NCBI RefSeq assembly: GCF_963921235.1
Contig: NC_086097.1
Coordinates: 177,818,001 to 177,882,000 of the forward strand
Source: Mobula hypostoma
Taxonomy: Eukaryota
DNA: 64,000 nt
Direction: 5' to 3'
The notes under the pieces were generated by a model. It made no database searches. It was not told where the DNA came from and saw nothing but the letters and a program-made list of their open reading frames with translations. Shown here piece by piece: positions 49,931 through 62,726 of this stretch (positions are counted from its first letter, which is position 1; each line of letters opens with the position of its first letter). Both the position numbers and the translations under genes were made by a program.

Positions 49931-51899
49931 TCAAAGGAAAACCATGTGGTCTTGGGGGGAATATTCAAATTCCCTGCAGACAGCAGCAGAATTGAACCCA
50001 GGTCATTGGCACTGTAAAGCCTTGCACTAGCTGCTGCTCTACCATGCCAACCCTCAGATAAAAGGTGCTTTTGTGTGTTTCATGTCGCTTTCTGGTCCAT
50101 ACCTTTCTGTGTCATTCAAGCTGTTTTTCCCCCAGCTCTTAAACACCCTACCATTTATTTTCCTGCTATATTTAATGTCTCCAAAGTGCAACATCACACT
50201 CTTGTCTGGATTAAACTCCATCTGCCTCTTCTCTGTCCATATTTCTGGCTAGTCTATATCCTGCTGAAACGTTTGATATTCTCTCTCTCCCCTCACCCAT
50301 TGGGCAGAAGATACAGAAGTCTGAACGCACCAAGTTCAATTCTCTGGAACTGGCCTATTGTAGGACAACATGGACTCTTGGCCTCACAATCTATCTCATT
50401 GTGATCTTGCAACATTATCATTTACCTGCTCTCCATTTTTTCAATAGCTTTTATCATTTATTCTGTATTGTTATTCTTTTACTTTATTCAAGCACAATGC
50501 ACTGTGTAATGACTTGATCTGTACGAACGTTAAGGAACACAAACTTTTCAGTGTATTTCGGTACATGTGACAATAATAAACAATACGAATATCAATGCAC
50601 TGCATAAACTCGGTGAGCCAAAGGGCCTGATTCTGTGCTGTAAGATGCCAAGACTATGACACTTCTTCCATAATTATCACTATGTAATGGGAAGGTGAAA
50701 TTGCACTGGAGAAGGTGTAGAGGAGATTTACCAGGATGTTGGTTTCCCAGGGACTGCAAATTGTAGATACAAGCTATTCCGCAGATACTTGAAATCTGGA
50801 ACAAGACGCACAAATTTCTGGAGGAACTCAGTCAGTCAGGCAGCATCGATGGAGGGAAATGAACCATCGAAATTTATGACACATTTCTAGAGTATTTTTC
50901 CCTTTAATGGCTTTGATACTCTTGCAAGGAAGGCTCTCTCCCCTAAGGTTGGTGGTACCTGCTATGCTGAGGGGACAGGAGTGTTCTGGTGTGCCCCGTT
51001 GCTGTGGGCCAGGGTTGAAAAGTAGAGGTCTGCCAAGGCATTCAGGTGGGATGGAGCCTCTGAGCAGGTTGTGCTGGGGCTGGGTGGGTGAGATGAGTTA
51101 TGCTTGGGTTGGATGGAAGATTTCGGCGGCATGGCTAATGCAACACCGTTACAGTGCTGCAGCCCAGTTTCAGTTCCACACTAATCTGCAAGGAGTTTGT
51201 ACGTTCTCCCCGTGGCTGTGTGGGTGTACTACAGGTGCACCGATTTCTTCCTGCATTCCAAAGACATGTGCATTAGTAAGTTAATTGATCACAAGTATAA
51301 TTGGGCAGCAGAGAATCATTATCTTGGAAGGGCCTGCTACCATACTTTGTCACTAAATACAAAATAATTAAAAAGAAACATTAACTATTCATTTCTATTC
51401 ACAGATGCTACCTAATCCCGTGAATTACTCCGGCATTCTGTGTGTATTGCACCAGAGTTCCAGCACATGCAGTCTTTTGTTTGTGTCAGCATGCTTAGAC
51501 ATTGCGAGATATTTGGGGGAGGTGAGGTAGGGTAATCTGGGTCAGTCAGGTGTCTTGGGAGGAGGATGAGGATGAGGAGTAGGTTGGTTGTCCCTGAATG
51601 GGTCACATCAAATTAGATGGGGAGAGCTGAGATGGGATGGTGTGGGAATGGGCTGGTATTGCTGACGTGGGACTGGTGTGTTGTAGTGAGGTGGGAAGGG
51701 TTGATGTGGAGCGGTGTTGGGGTGAGGTGGATCAGGTTTTCCGAGGGTGGGGCATGCAGGGATGGAATGTGATGGATAGCAAAGGCAAAGAATGATATGG
51801 GTCAAATTTGAGCAAGTGGGATTAGCTCAGGAAGTCACTATGGCCAGCCTGGACATGTTGAACCAATGGTCCATTTACATGCTGTATAACTCTACACCT

Positions 51900-52230
51900 C
51901 CATGTTGGGATGGGACATGGTGGACTGGGTTGAGTTGAAGCATGTTGGAGTGGAATGGCTAGTTTAGGCTCAGTGGACTGGGGTGGGGGTATTTTGGAGT
52001 GGGATGGCTGGTTTGGGCTCAGTGGACTGGGGTGGGGGTATTTTGGAGTGGGATGGCTGGTTTGGGCTGGGTGGGGTGGGGTATGTTGGAGTGGGATGTC
52101 TGGTTTGGGCTGGGTGGACTGGGGTGGGGTGGTGTATGTTGGAGTGGGATGGTTGGTTAGGGCTGGGTGGACTGGGTTGGGATGGGGGAATGTTGGAGTG
52201 GGATGTCTGGTTTGGGCTGGGTGGAACTTG
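51900..52230. repeat. G-rich degenerate tandem repeat with a unit of about 50 bp
   Basis: Repeated TTGGAGTGGGATGGCTGGTTTGGGCT...GTGGACTGGGGTGGG, about 5-6 copies, inside a G-skewed tract from about 51510. Confidence 0.85.
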
Positions 52231-52854
52231 TTAGAATGGGTAATTCACCTCTGTCTCTCTTCTGTCCCCTTTCCCTGACAGCAGCTCCCTCTTTTCCTTT
52301 GTTCTTCAACTCAAAACTTGTTTCTGTTCTAACTTCAAGAAGCTGCCTAACCTACAAAGCATTTCTGGCATTTCCTGCTTTGTGTCACTGAGAGTCATAC
52401 AGCATAGAAACAGGCCCTTTAGCACAGCTGGTCTGTACTGACCAAGATACCCACCTAAGTGCATTAAAGGCTCATGTCACTCTAAGCCTTTCTTATCTAG
52501 GTACCTATCCAAGTATCTTTAAAGTTGTTAATGGACCCACTTCTGAAAGCTCTTTCCATAGGCACACCACCATCATTGTGAAAAACTGCCCCTCACGTCC
52601 CTTTTAAATATGTCTCCTCTTTAAGCCTCTAGTTCTTGATTCGCAAAAGACTGTGTGCATTATGTCTATTTGTGCCCCTCATTATTTTATCACCACTATA
52701 AGGTATATGGGGTAAATGTAGGTGAAATGACAGGGAGATGTTCACTATCTGCAGGGTCCTGCCTTTGGGTGAGGAGTAACCTTGCTCCCTGGCCAAAGGT
52801 CAGTCTTCCAGCACAGACAAGAGTTATGCATAAGCTACAGTTTTCACATATTAA

Positions 52855-53820
52855 TAGGGTGGTTAATCGCAAGTTGATTCCCTTCATTAGTCAAGGGATT
52901 GAATTCAAGAGTCATGAGGTAATGTTGCAGCTCTATAAAACTCTGGTTAGACTACACTTGGAGAATTGTGTTCGTTTCTGGTCATCTCATGATAGGAAGG
53001 ATATGGAAGCTTGAGAGAAGATGGAGAGATTTACCAAGATGCTGTCTGGATTCGAGAGCATGTCTTATGAGGAAAGGTTGGGTGAGCTAGGGCTTTTCTC
53101 TTTGGAGTGTAGGAGGATGAGGGGTGACTTGATACAGGTGTATAAGATGATAAGAGGCATAAATAGAGTGGGCAGCCAGAGCCTTTCTCCCAGGGCAGCA
53201 ATGGCTAATGCAAGAAGATGTTTCCTATGTTGGGAGAATCTAAGACTCGAGGACACAGACTCAGGGTAAAGGGCGTCCTTGTAGAATGGAGATGAGGATG
53301 AATTTCTTTAGCCAGAGAGTGGTAAATCAGTGGAATTCTTTGCTACAGGCAGCTGTGGAAGCCAAGTCTGTATGTATATTTAAGGCAGAGGTTGATAAGA
53401 TTCTTGATTGTTAAGGGCATGAAGGGATATGGCGGGGGCCGGGGGGAGACAGGAGATTGGGGCTGAGAGAAAAATTGGATCAGCCATGATGAAATGGTGG
53501 AGCCAACATATGGGGCAAATGGCCTAATGCTGCTCCTGTATCTTACAGTCTAAGAGGATACGATATTAAGCTGATTCAAGGAAGATATGGGGGATTGAGA
53601 GATGTGTTTTACACAGAGAGTGGTAAGTGCATGGACTGCACCTCCAAGAGCGGTGGTAGAGACAGATATGTTATGGACACTCAGAAGACCCTTCAGCAGA
53701 CACATGGATGATAGAAAGATGGAAGTCTATGAAGTTACAGAAGTTTGGAGTGGGTTAAAAGGTCAGCACAACATTGTGAGTCTGAGGGCCTGTACTGTAC
53801 TGTACTGTGCTGTATTTTTA
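52855..53820 (+). mobile_element. CR1 3' fragment with a second CR1 3' end nested at about 53215-53555
   Basis: IEFKSHEVMLQLYKTLVR.HLE.CV.FWS; SYEERLGELGLFSLE.RRMRGDLI.VYK; two distinct tail types. Confidence 0.8.
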
Positions 53821-55929
53821 ACGTTTACGGAGTTTGGAACAGTGGAGACCTGTTACGAGGGTCTTGAACAGCCATATTGTACAATAAAGATGAAATTTTG
53901 ATCTTCCAGTCTACCTGATCCTGGCCCTTACACCTTATTTGTCTGCAGTTTTTCTACAATTGTAACACTATATTCTGAATTGTTGTTGTTTTTCCTTTAT
54001 ACTAACTCAATGTAATTATGTATGGAATGATATGTCTGGATGAAATGCAAACAAAATGTTTTATTTGTATCAGGGTACATCTACCTATTAATATGTTCTC
54101 CTTGAGAGGGAAGTTGAAATGTGGTCCATGGGGTGGATGGGATTCGGGTGAGTCACAAGCGCTTTCAAAGAGAAACAAACATAATATGAGCTCCTGGACA
54201 GAGGAGACATAGAGAGGATCTGAGGGCTTGGCCTTAGAATAAAGGGACGTTCCTTTCGAACAGAGATTAGAAGGAATTTCTTCATTCAGAGGGTGCTAAA
54301 CCTGTGGAAATTGTTGCCACAGTAGACAGTAGAGGCCAATTGGTGTATTTAAGACAGAAATCAATGGATTCTTAATTGGTAAGGGGATTATGATGCAGAC
54401 TTGATGTAGATATGGAGGGAATCATAGGGCTGAATGGCCTAATTCTGGTCCTATGTCTGAATATTACTTATGGTCTAAAGGTTACAGAGAAAAGGTAGGG
54501 TAAAGGGGTTGAATGGCAGAGCAGAATTGATGGGCTGAATGGCTTGTATCTAATGGCTTTATGGACTGAACGAAAGGACGGATGAGCTTTGTGGACAGGA
54601 TGGACCGTGGGGCTGTCTGGCCTCCTTCACCACTGGAAATGCTTTGTAAATATATTGATTGGTTTCTTTCTCCAAGCACTTTCACAACCTCATTTTATTT
54701 CTGGCAAGAAATGTCGCTCAGCCAGAATATGGACTTGGTCTCTCATTCCTCATCTCCCACCCCCCACCTCGTCACCACCAGCAGTGTGAAGCTTTGTGCC
54801 CCAGCAATGGTCTCAAAAACTTCACCGGGCCAGAAGCAAAGCTGCCAGGCATGAGATCTGATAGCTCTGACAAGAAAAGACGCCAGAAGTCTACATTTCT
54901 TTAACTCTGCCCTGGGCTATGTTCTTTATTTACTGCACAAGAGCAACATTCTTCCCTCCCCTCCCCTCCCCTCCCCACCATAGCTCGACACTGAGGCACT
55001 GCTCTGTGTACCAGTTTCAGTGGACCTGATGGGGAAAAGGCAGCTGGAGCAGACAGCGGGCAATTCTGAGTTTTACACACTTACCCTATGCAAACCAGTT
55101 GCAAAATAGAACTGAAATACAGTCAGGCAAATGCTCTACTATTCCTTCTCTGGGATGAACCAGTGTTCTCAGGTATTTGGAAAGGGTAACTGCCATCAGT
55201 AAGTGGCCATTCATTGCTTCCGGATGAGGGGTAATTGGGGAGAGGATTTTAACCCTTCTCTTCCCTCACCTCATGGAGTCAGTGAGTAATACAGCAGATA
55301 TGGCTATTCCCAATTGCCCACATGCAGTCCATTTCCCTCCAAGCCTTGCCCCTCCCAGTGCTTTTTAAATGTTACCTGTCTCAACCACTTCCTCTTACAG
55401 CTGGTTCCATATACTCACCACCCTCTGTGTGAAAAAAGTTGCCCCTCAGGTCTATTTCTAATCTTTCCCCTCTCACCCTAAACCTAGGGCCCCCCGTTTT
55501 GGACCCCCCTGTCCTAAGGTAAAGAGTCTTACTTCCCATGTTATCCACACCTTTCATCATTCAAACACTTTTACAAGGTCGCCCCTCACTCCAAATAATA
55601 AAGACCTACCTGTCCCTATAACTCATGCCCTGTAGTCCCGACAACATCCTCGTAATTCTTCTCTGCACTCTTCTGCATTCTTCACCTCCTTCTCCCCTCT
55701 ATCTCCTTCTTCATCTACCCCTCCAACAATAGACGTTCTCATTTTATTCGCGATCGTTTTCCCCATAGCATCAACTCTCTACCCCTTTACTTTCTTTCTT
55801 CCCCCTCTCCTCCCAACCTCCCTCGCTCCCTCTCTTCACCACCCCCATTTCTCTCACATCCCCATTCCTCTCTCATTTCACCATCCACCCACCCCTCCCC
55901 TTTCCCTCTCTCTTCTGGCAAAGAAACAC

Positions 55930-57202
55930 TCGATCCATTTGTAGAGAAATCGCCCGCAGTAACCATCACATCAAAACTAATCATAGCGATTAAAATCAGC
56001 TTTCTGTACAGAGAGAGGGAGGGAGAGTAATGAGCAAGTTGTAACTGACGAGAGGGAGACTGTTGCAAACAAAGGAAAATAATGCAAGGACTAAAATTAC
56101 ACAATGTGATGACAAAATAAAAATTGAAACAAAATCTCGCACAGACGGGACAAAAGCAAGGCGGAAATCCCGTGCAGCACCTGGAAAACAGTTAATTAAA
56201 TTTAACTTTTCTTTGCAGATTGGGTGAGACGCGAGGGGAAGCAATGAGCTAATTGTGTCTTTATCCTTGCCTTGGGGGGTTTCAATGCCCTGAAGCAACT
56301 CTTTCTCTCTCTCTCTCTCCCTCTCTCTCTCTCGCCTACCTTAAGCTTGCCGCTGGAAGACGGGTCGGTGCATTCTCTCCCGTGTATCGCAGCGAGCGGA
56401 GCGGAGAGAAGGCCGACCATCCGCCCGACTTTCGATGCTTCAGGTAAGAGGGTGTGTGTGTGCGCGCGGGAGAGGGGCAGCTCAGACCGCTCTGTCTCTG
56501 TCTGTCTGTCTGTCTCTGTGTGTGTGTGTGTGTTTTGATTTGTGTGTTCCTGGCACTTTAGGGACGCGGCGCGCTTTACGCATGTGCCAAGCAGTTCGAT
56601 GTGAGCTGTAGAGAGAGACAGATACACAAACACACACACACGGATGCACACTCAAACACACAACACTCTCACGCACACGTCACATTACAAGCGCACACCA
56701 CACATTGACATACACACACTTGCACACCACACACCACACGCAAACACACTCACAATAGACACAAACATACATATTCACCCAGGCAAACTACATTCACACA
56801 ATCATACATACAGTATATACACTCACGCAAACACACACAATTACATACATACAATCACACATTTACACTGTCTCACACACACACACACGTATACACTCGC
56901 ACACACGTACACAGCACACGCGCCAAACACCTTGTCCACCCCCTCCGACATCTCTCTTTTTCTCTCTCACGCACACACAAGCCTCCCGCAGAGAATCACT
57001 AAGCGGGCTCCCGCAGTTGTTCCCTGATCAACAAGCTAGGGGGACGGACCGCACTCACCCACCCTAGAGCCTTAGATGTTCGACCCTCGCAGCAGGACGA
57101 CCACCCGGACATCAGCCGCTCTCCCGCTCTCTCGCTCTCTTCCCCCTCCTCCTCCTTCGAGTCTTCACTCCCTCCTTCCTTCTCCCCTCCCAGCCCTGTA
57201 CG

Positions 57203-57238
<36 letters not shown>

Positions 57239-57800
57239 CTCTCCCCTCCTCCCGTCTCTGTTCGGCGACCCTGTCACTGACCCTGGACGGGACAACCTAA
57301 CCCAACTCAGCCCAGCCTGCCTCCTCTCCATGTTCCATTTCAAACTGCCCTGAATTCTGTGCGATGTAAAGGGGCCATTGTGAACCAACTTATCGCCCGC
57401 GGGGGATTAATTGTTAACAGGAGGTAGCTCTACAGCATGTCAATACCCATACACTGAATAACCTCTTTGTATTTACCATATCGTCTGAACCTTGTGCCTC
57501 TGTGTTTATCCAGCGCAGAGCGGTTTGTAAAGCCGGTTACAAGCGAAATAATCCCATATACAGTAATGGCTCTCAGTCGTTTCCCCACGGATCCCGGTGT
57601 GTGCTTTGGGCATTGCTCGAGCTAAGGTGCCTTTATGACTTCAGTATTATCCAGTGCAGCTTCGCAGCCGATCGGCCCGCTGTACCTGTGCTGCCTTTTT
57701 GACAAGGAGCCGCGCCAAAGCTCCTTATCAAAGACGCAGCACCGGAAACCACAAAGTTCCTGGATGGGTTGTTATGCGCTGGGAGACGGATCACGGGAGG
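55930..57800. promoter_or_regulatory. CpG-rich promoter-like region with (CT)n, (GT)n and CA-rich tracts
   Basis: Abrupt rise in CpG density (e.g. GACGCGGCGCGC, CGCAGCGAGCGG, CGCCCGCGGGG) against a CpG-depleted background. No transposon sequence recognised. Confidence 0.8.
56435..56443 (+). CDS. Putative 3-codon coding end (M-L-Q) of the first exon of the downstream gene, probably KCTD1 (inferred)
   Basis: ATG CTT CAG followed by donor GTAAGA (56444-56449) inside the CpG island. KCTD1 follows AQP4 on the same strand in human. I recall KCTD1 isoforms starting M-x-Q-DSRPN-MSRP. The next exon is not visible in this window. Confidence 0.5.
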
Positions 57801-58234
57801 GGTTCAATCGATAGAGTCTTCATTATAACCTTCAGTTATAGTCATTGGGTTACACAGCATGGATACAAGCCCTTCGGCCCAAACAAGTTGTTACCTGAGC
57901 TAGTCGCATTTTCCCGCGTTTGGCCCATACCCATTGCGGTCAGTGAACCAGAGTACCTTTTTAAACATTGTAATTGTACCCGGCTCTACCACTTTCTCCA
58001 ACAGCTGGTTCGTATATAGTACCCACTACCCTCTGTACAAAATGTTTGCCGCTCAGGTCCCCTTTAAATCGTTCTCTCTCTCACCTTAAACTTATGCTCT
58101 ATAGTTGAAGACTTCCCCACCCTGGGGAAAAAAACAGTGACCATTTACCTTCTCTATGCCCGTTGTATATATACACTCTACCTATTTCCCCTTAAATGTC
58201 AGCGTGGTCATCTCTACACGGAGCCAAAAAGTTA

Positions 58235-59405
58235 GAAGGCCTTTGACAAGGTGCCACACATGAGGCTGCTTAACGAGCAGTGAGCCCATGGTATTACAGG
58301 AAAAATACTAGCATGGATAAAGCAGTGGCTGATTGGTAGGAGGGAAGGGTGGGAATAAAGGGAGCCTTTTCCGGTTGGCTGCCAGTGACTAGTGGTGTTC
58401 CACAGGGATCTATGTTGGGACTGATTCTATTTACATTATATGTCAATGACTTGGATGCTGGATTTGATGGCTTTGTTGCAAAGTTTCCAGATGATATGAA
58501 GATAGGTTTTGGGGGTGGGGGGGGGGAAAGTAGTTTTGAGGAAGTAGAGAAGCTGCAGAAGGACTTCGATAGATTAGGAGAATGGACCAAGAAATGGCAG
58601 ATCGATTACTGTGCCAGAAAGTGTACGGTCATGTATTTTGGTAGAAGAAATGAAAAGATTGATTATTTTCTAAGTGGAGAGAAAATACAAAAAACTGAGG
58701 TGCAAGGGGATTTGGGAGTCTGTGTGCAGGTTCCCTGAAGGTTAATTTGCAGGTTGAGTCAGTGGTGAGGAAGGCAAATGTAATGTTAGCATTCATTTCA
58801 AGAAGACTAGAATACAAAAGCAAGGATATAATGAAAATTTATAAAACACTTGTGAGGCCGTACTTGGAGAATTGTGGGCAGGTTTGGGCCCCTTATCTTG
58901 GAAAGGATGTGGTGAAATTGGAGAAGGTTCAAAGGAGGTTCATGAAAATTATTCCAGGCTTGTCATATGAAGAGCGTCTGATGGCTCGAGGCCTGTATTC
59001 ACTAAGATTCAGAAGAAAGAAGGGTGACCTCATTGAAACCTATCGAGTGGTGAAAGGCCTTGATAAAGTGGATGTGGAGATGATGTTTCCTGTGGTGGGA
59101 GAGTCTAAGATGACACAGCCTCAGAATAGAGGGGTATCCTTTTAGAATGGAGATGAGGAGGAATTTCTTTAGTCAGAGAGGGATGAGTCTGTGGAATTCA
59201 TTACCACAGGCTACTGTGGAGACCAAGTCTTTATGTATACTTGAGGCAGTGGTTGATAGATTCTTGATTGGTCAGGACATGAAGAGATATGAGGAGAAGG
59301 CAGGAGATTTGGACTGAGAGGAAAATTGGATCAGCCATGATGAAATGGTGGAGCAGAATCGTTGGACCAAATGGCCTAATTCTGCTCCTCTATCTTAAGG
59401 TGTTA
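58235..59405 (+). mobile_element. CR1-clade LINE 3' part
   Basis: FSGWLPVTSGVPQGSMLG..LFTLYVNDLD...AKFPDDMKIG; LVRPYLENC.Q.WAPYL; tail. Confidence 0.9.
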
Positions 59406-59407
59406 AA

Positions 59408-60400
59408 TTAGGGTGGATAAGTCCCTAGGGCCTAACAAGGTGTCCCATCAGACCTCTGGGAGACCAGTACAGAAATTGCAAGGACCATGGAAGAGGTAGT
59501 TAAAACCTCCCTAGTAATGGATGGGGTGCCAGAGGACTGGACAATAGCTAATGTTGTTCTGTTGTAATGTTGTTCAAGAGAGGCTCAAACAGTAAGACAG
59601 GAAATTACAGGCTGGTGAGCCTGTCGACAGTAATGAATAAATTATTGAAGATACTTTAAGGGACAGGATATAAATGAATTTAGACAGGCAAGGCCTGATT
59701 ATGGACAGCCAACATGGCTTCGTGCATGGTAGGTCATGTCTAACCAATTTTATAGATATTTTTGAGGAGTTAACCAGGAAGGTTGATGAAGGAAAGTCAG
59801 TGGATGTTGTTTACATAGACTTCAGCAAGGCCTTTGACAAAGTCCTGCACAGAAGGTTGGTCTAGAAGGTTCAGTTGCTTGACATTCAGGATGAAATAGT
59901 GAATTGGATTCAACATTGGCTAAGCAGGAGAAGCCAGAGAGTGATAGTAGATGGTTACCTCTTTGGAGACCTGTGACTAGTGGAGTGCCACGGCCACAAG
60001 AATTAATGCTGGGTTCATTGTTGCTTGTCATATATATTAGTGAACCAGATCAGCAGATTTGCAGATGACGTAGTGGACGGCAAGGAAGGCTATCAAAGCT
60101 TGAAGCAGGATCAGGATAATCTGGAAAAATGGCCCAAAAAAACGGCAGATGACGTTTAATACATTCAAGTTTGAGGTTTGCACTTTGAGAAGATGATGCA
60201 AGTGTGGAATGAACTGCTAGTACAAGTGCTGGATGCAGGCTCAATTGCAACATTTAAGAGAAGTTTGGACAAGTTCATGGATGGGAGGGTGTAACGAACT
60301 ATGGTCAGGTGCAGGTCAATGAGACTAGGCAGAATAACAATTCAACATGGTCTAGATGGGCTGAAGAGCCTGTTTCCGTGCTGTAGTGCTCTATGACTCT
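59408..60400 (+). mobile_element. CR1-clade LINE (second type), fragment with deletion
   Basis: SQHGFVHGRSCLTNFIDIFEELTRKVDEGKSVDVVYIDFSKAFDKVLH and a CR1 tail. Confidence 0.88.
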
Positions 60401-62067
60401 GATTCTAAGCTGTCATGGTTCTTTACAGCGTACCTCTATGATGTCACCCCTCAGTCCCCAATGCTCCAGGACAAAGAAAGCTCCAGCCCATCCAACCTCT
60501 CCTTATAACACAATCCCTCAGTCCTGGCAACATCCTTGTGAATGTCTTCTGCACCATCCTTTTAAATGTTGTAATTGTACCCACTTCTACCTATAACCTT
60601 CCTATAGCTTGGTGACTAGAACTGCACACAATACTCCAAGTGCAGCTTCGACAATACCTGGTTCAGCTGCAGACAAGATGCCCTAACTCTTGTACTCAAT
60701 GCCCTGACTGATCATATGGTAATTTCATTGTATTCTAATGAGTGTCATCAAAAGCACATAAGACCAGTGAGAAAGAGCACTTAGTAAAAGCAGAGTGAGG
60801 GCAAGGGGAAAGTAGTTGTCGTTTGCAGGAAGAACATATGTATGTACTTAAGACTTCCAAATTTTATTGTATTATGGATAATATATCAATTGTTTGTAGG
60901 GGTGTCCGTAAGTCATGTGTTTGTAGCCCAAGGATATGAGTGAAACAGAGCATGTTACAGCTACGGTTACCTGAATTCCTCGGTAGCACCTTTGACATAA
61001 CACATTGCAAATCAGTTCTCAAACACAACTTGGTATAAAGCAGCAAAGTGTAATAATAGCCACACACAAAATGCTGGAGGAACTCAACAGATCGGGCAGT
61101 TGACATTTCAGGCCGAGACCCTGCCTCTAGCAGCTCAATCCATGTATTGACCACCTATCAAACCTCTCCCCTCTCAACTTAAACTTTTGCTTCCTAGTTC
61201 TTGATTCCCTAACCTTGGGTAAAGACTTTGTGCATTTCTCCTCATGATTTTATACATGTCTGTAAGATTCTTCATTCCTATTTTCCGGTGCTTCAGTGAA
61301 TAAAGCCCTTCACAGCTCCACCTCTCTCCACAACTCAGTCCCTCATGTCCTGTGACATCCTCCATCAATCTAAAGCCATATGTGACACATAGTCTGTGAT
61401 AATAAGTAAGATTTCCAGCTCCAGCAGAACCTCTTGTGTTGATAATAATTCTGATTCTGAGTACTGAAGGCGGTCACCTTGGGTTTCATGTCCATACCAG
61501 GTCTTTGAAGTTAACCTTCTACCCTGCTATAATAAGACTGTATTAATACATTAATATTTCTAATATGATAAGACAGACTCTTGACCTCACAATCTACCAT
61601 GTTATGATCTTGCACCTTATCATTTGCCTGCACTGCACCTTCTCTGTAGCTTGTTCTGCCTCAAAGCACTGTGTAATGATCTGGTCTGTATGAACAGTAT
61701 GCAAGACAAGCTTTTCACTCTCTGTACACGTGACATTAATAAACCAACCTAACCAAACCAAACATTACAATCACTCACTGTCTCTATATTGCCTCAGTGT
61801 CTATATCCACCCAGTTCCTCTTGGGAAAACATCACTTTTAAATCTGCTTCTTTTATCACTATTGAAGTATAAAAAAATATCCTTAGTTCACCTCTGGTTC
61901 CTTTGTAACTTACTTGTCGATAAGTTTCAGGGAAATCTGTGACTTTTTTGTCAACAGGGACCTGGGTCACCTGTTAGGATGACAAAGGGAGCTGAGATTA
62001 TTTGAGAAAGGGTGCCAAACTAACTGAAGTTTTCTTGCACTGTGTGAACTCTGAGGCATTGCCAGTA

Positions 62068-62726
62068 CAGGTTGAGTACACCTTAACCAAAATGCTTGGG
62101 GCCGGAAGTGTTTCAGATTTCGGATTTTGTTTTCAGTTTCTTGAATATATAATAAGATAGCTTGGTATCGCCATCATTTCAGACTCTGAATTTCTGTGTG
62201 ACCGGTAATCTGTTTTACACTTGTTTATCACACATATGTATTGATGCAGACATAAATTTTCATCGGTGACAATTTTGGCAAATTCATCAATGAATTTCTC
62301 TGCTGCTTCATGATTAGCAGGTGCATTATCACCACAAATCTTTATATATTTAATACCATGCCTTTTCTTAAATTTCTGCAAGCGGCCTGCTGAGTATTCA
62401 CAATTACCTTCAATTTTCAGTTTGTTGTGAAAGATCTTTGCTTTCATGATCAACAAACTATGCTGACAAATCCACTCTTTCAATACATGATTGAGATTTT
62501 CATTTTTTGCTTTATGCAGTGTCTTTATATTTTTCACTAAATTCTGTTCATTACATATAGTATGTGAGGTCATGACTGAGAACTGCCTGTGATGCATAGA
62601 GACCTGGACATTGCCTGGGAACCTTCCAAATGACTTGTGGAATTTTCCATTTGTGATGTCATGACCACTCTCAAAATTTTTGGATTTTGGAGGATTTTGG
62701 ATTTTGGATAAGGGGTACCCAACATG
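62068..62726 (-). mobile_element. Tigger/pogo DNA transposon, internally deleted, with a CENP-B-type HTH transposase fragment
   Basis: TA TSD at 62066-62067 and 62727-62728. TIRs CAGGTTGAGTACACCTTAACCAAAAT / CATGTTGGGTACCCCTTATCCAAAAT. Fragment KTLHKAKNENLNHVLKEWI...KAKIFH...YSAGRLQKFKKRHGIKYIKICGD..AN.EAAEKF. Confidence 0.9.

Noticed and set aside
51955..52278. Gly/Trp-rich ORFs
   Set aside because: Translation of the G-rich tandem repeat.
56644..57027. His/Thr-rich 127-aa ORF
   Set aside because: Translation of a degenerate (CA)n tract.
62133..62597. Domesticated Jerky/TIGD-like gene
   Set aside because: The fragment lacks the catalytic domain, has internal deletions, and sits between intact TIRs with a TA TSD.
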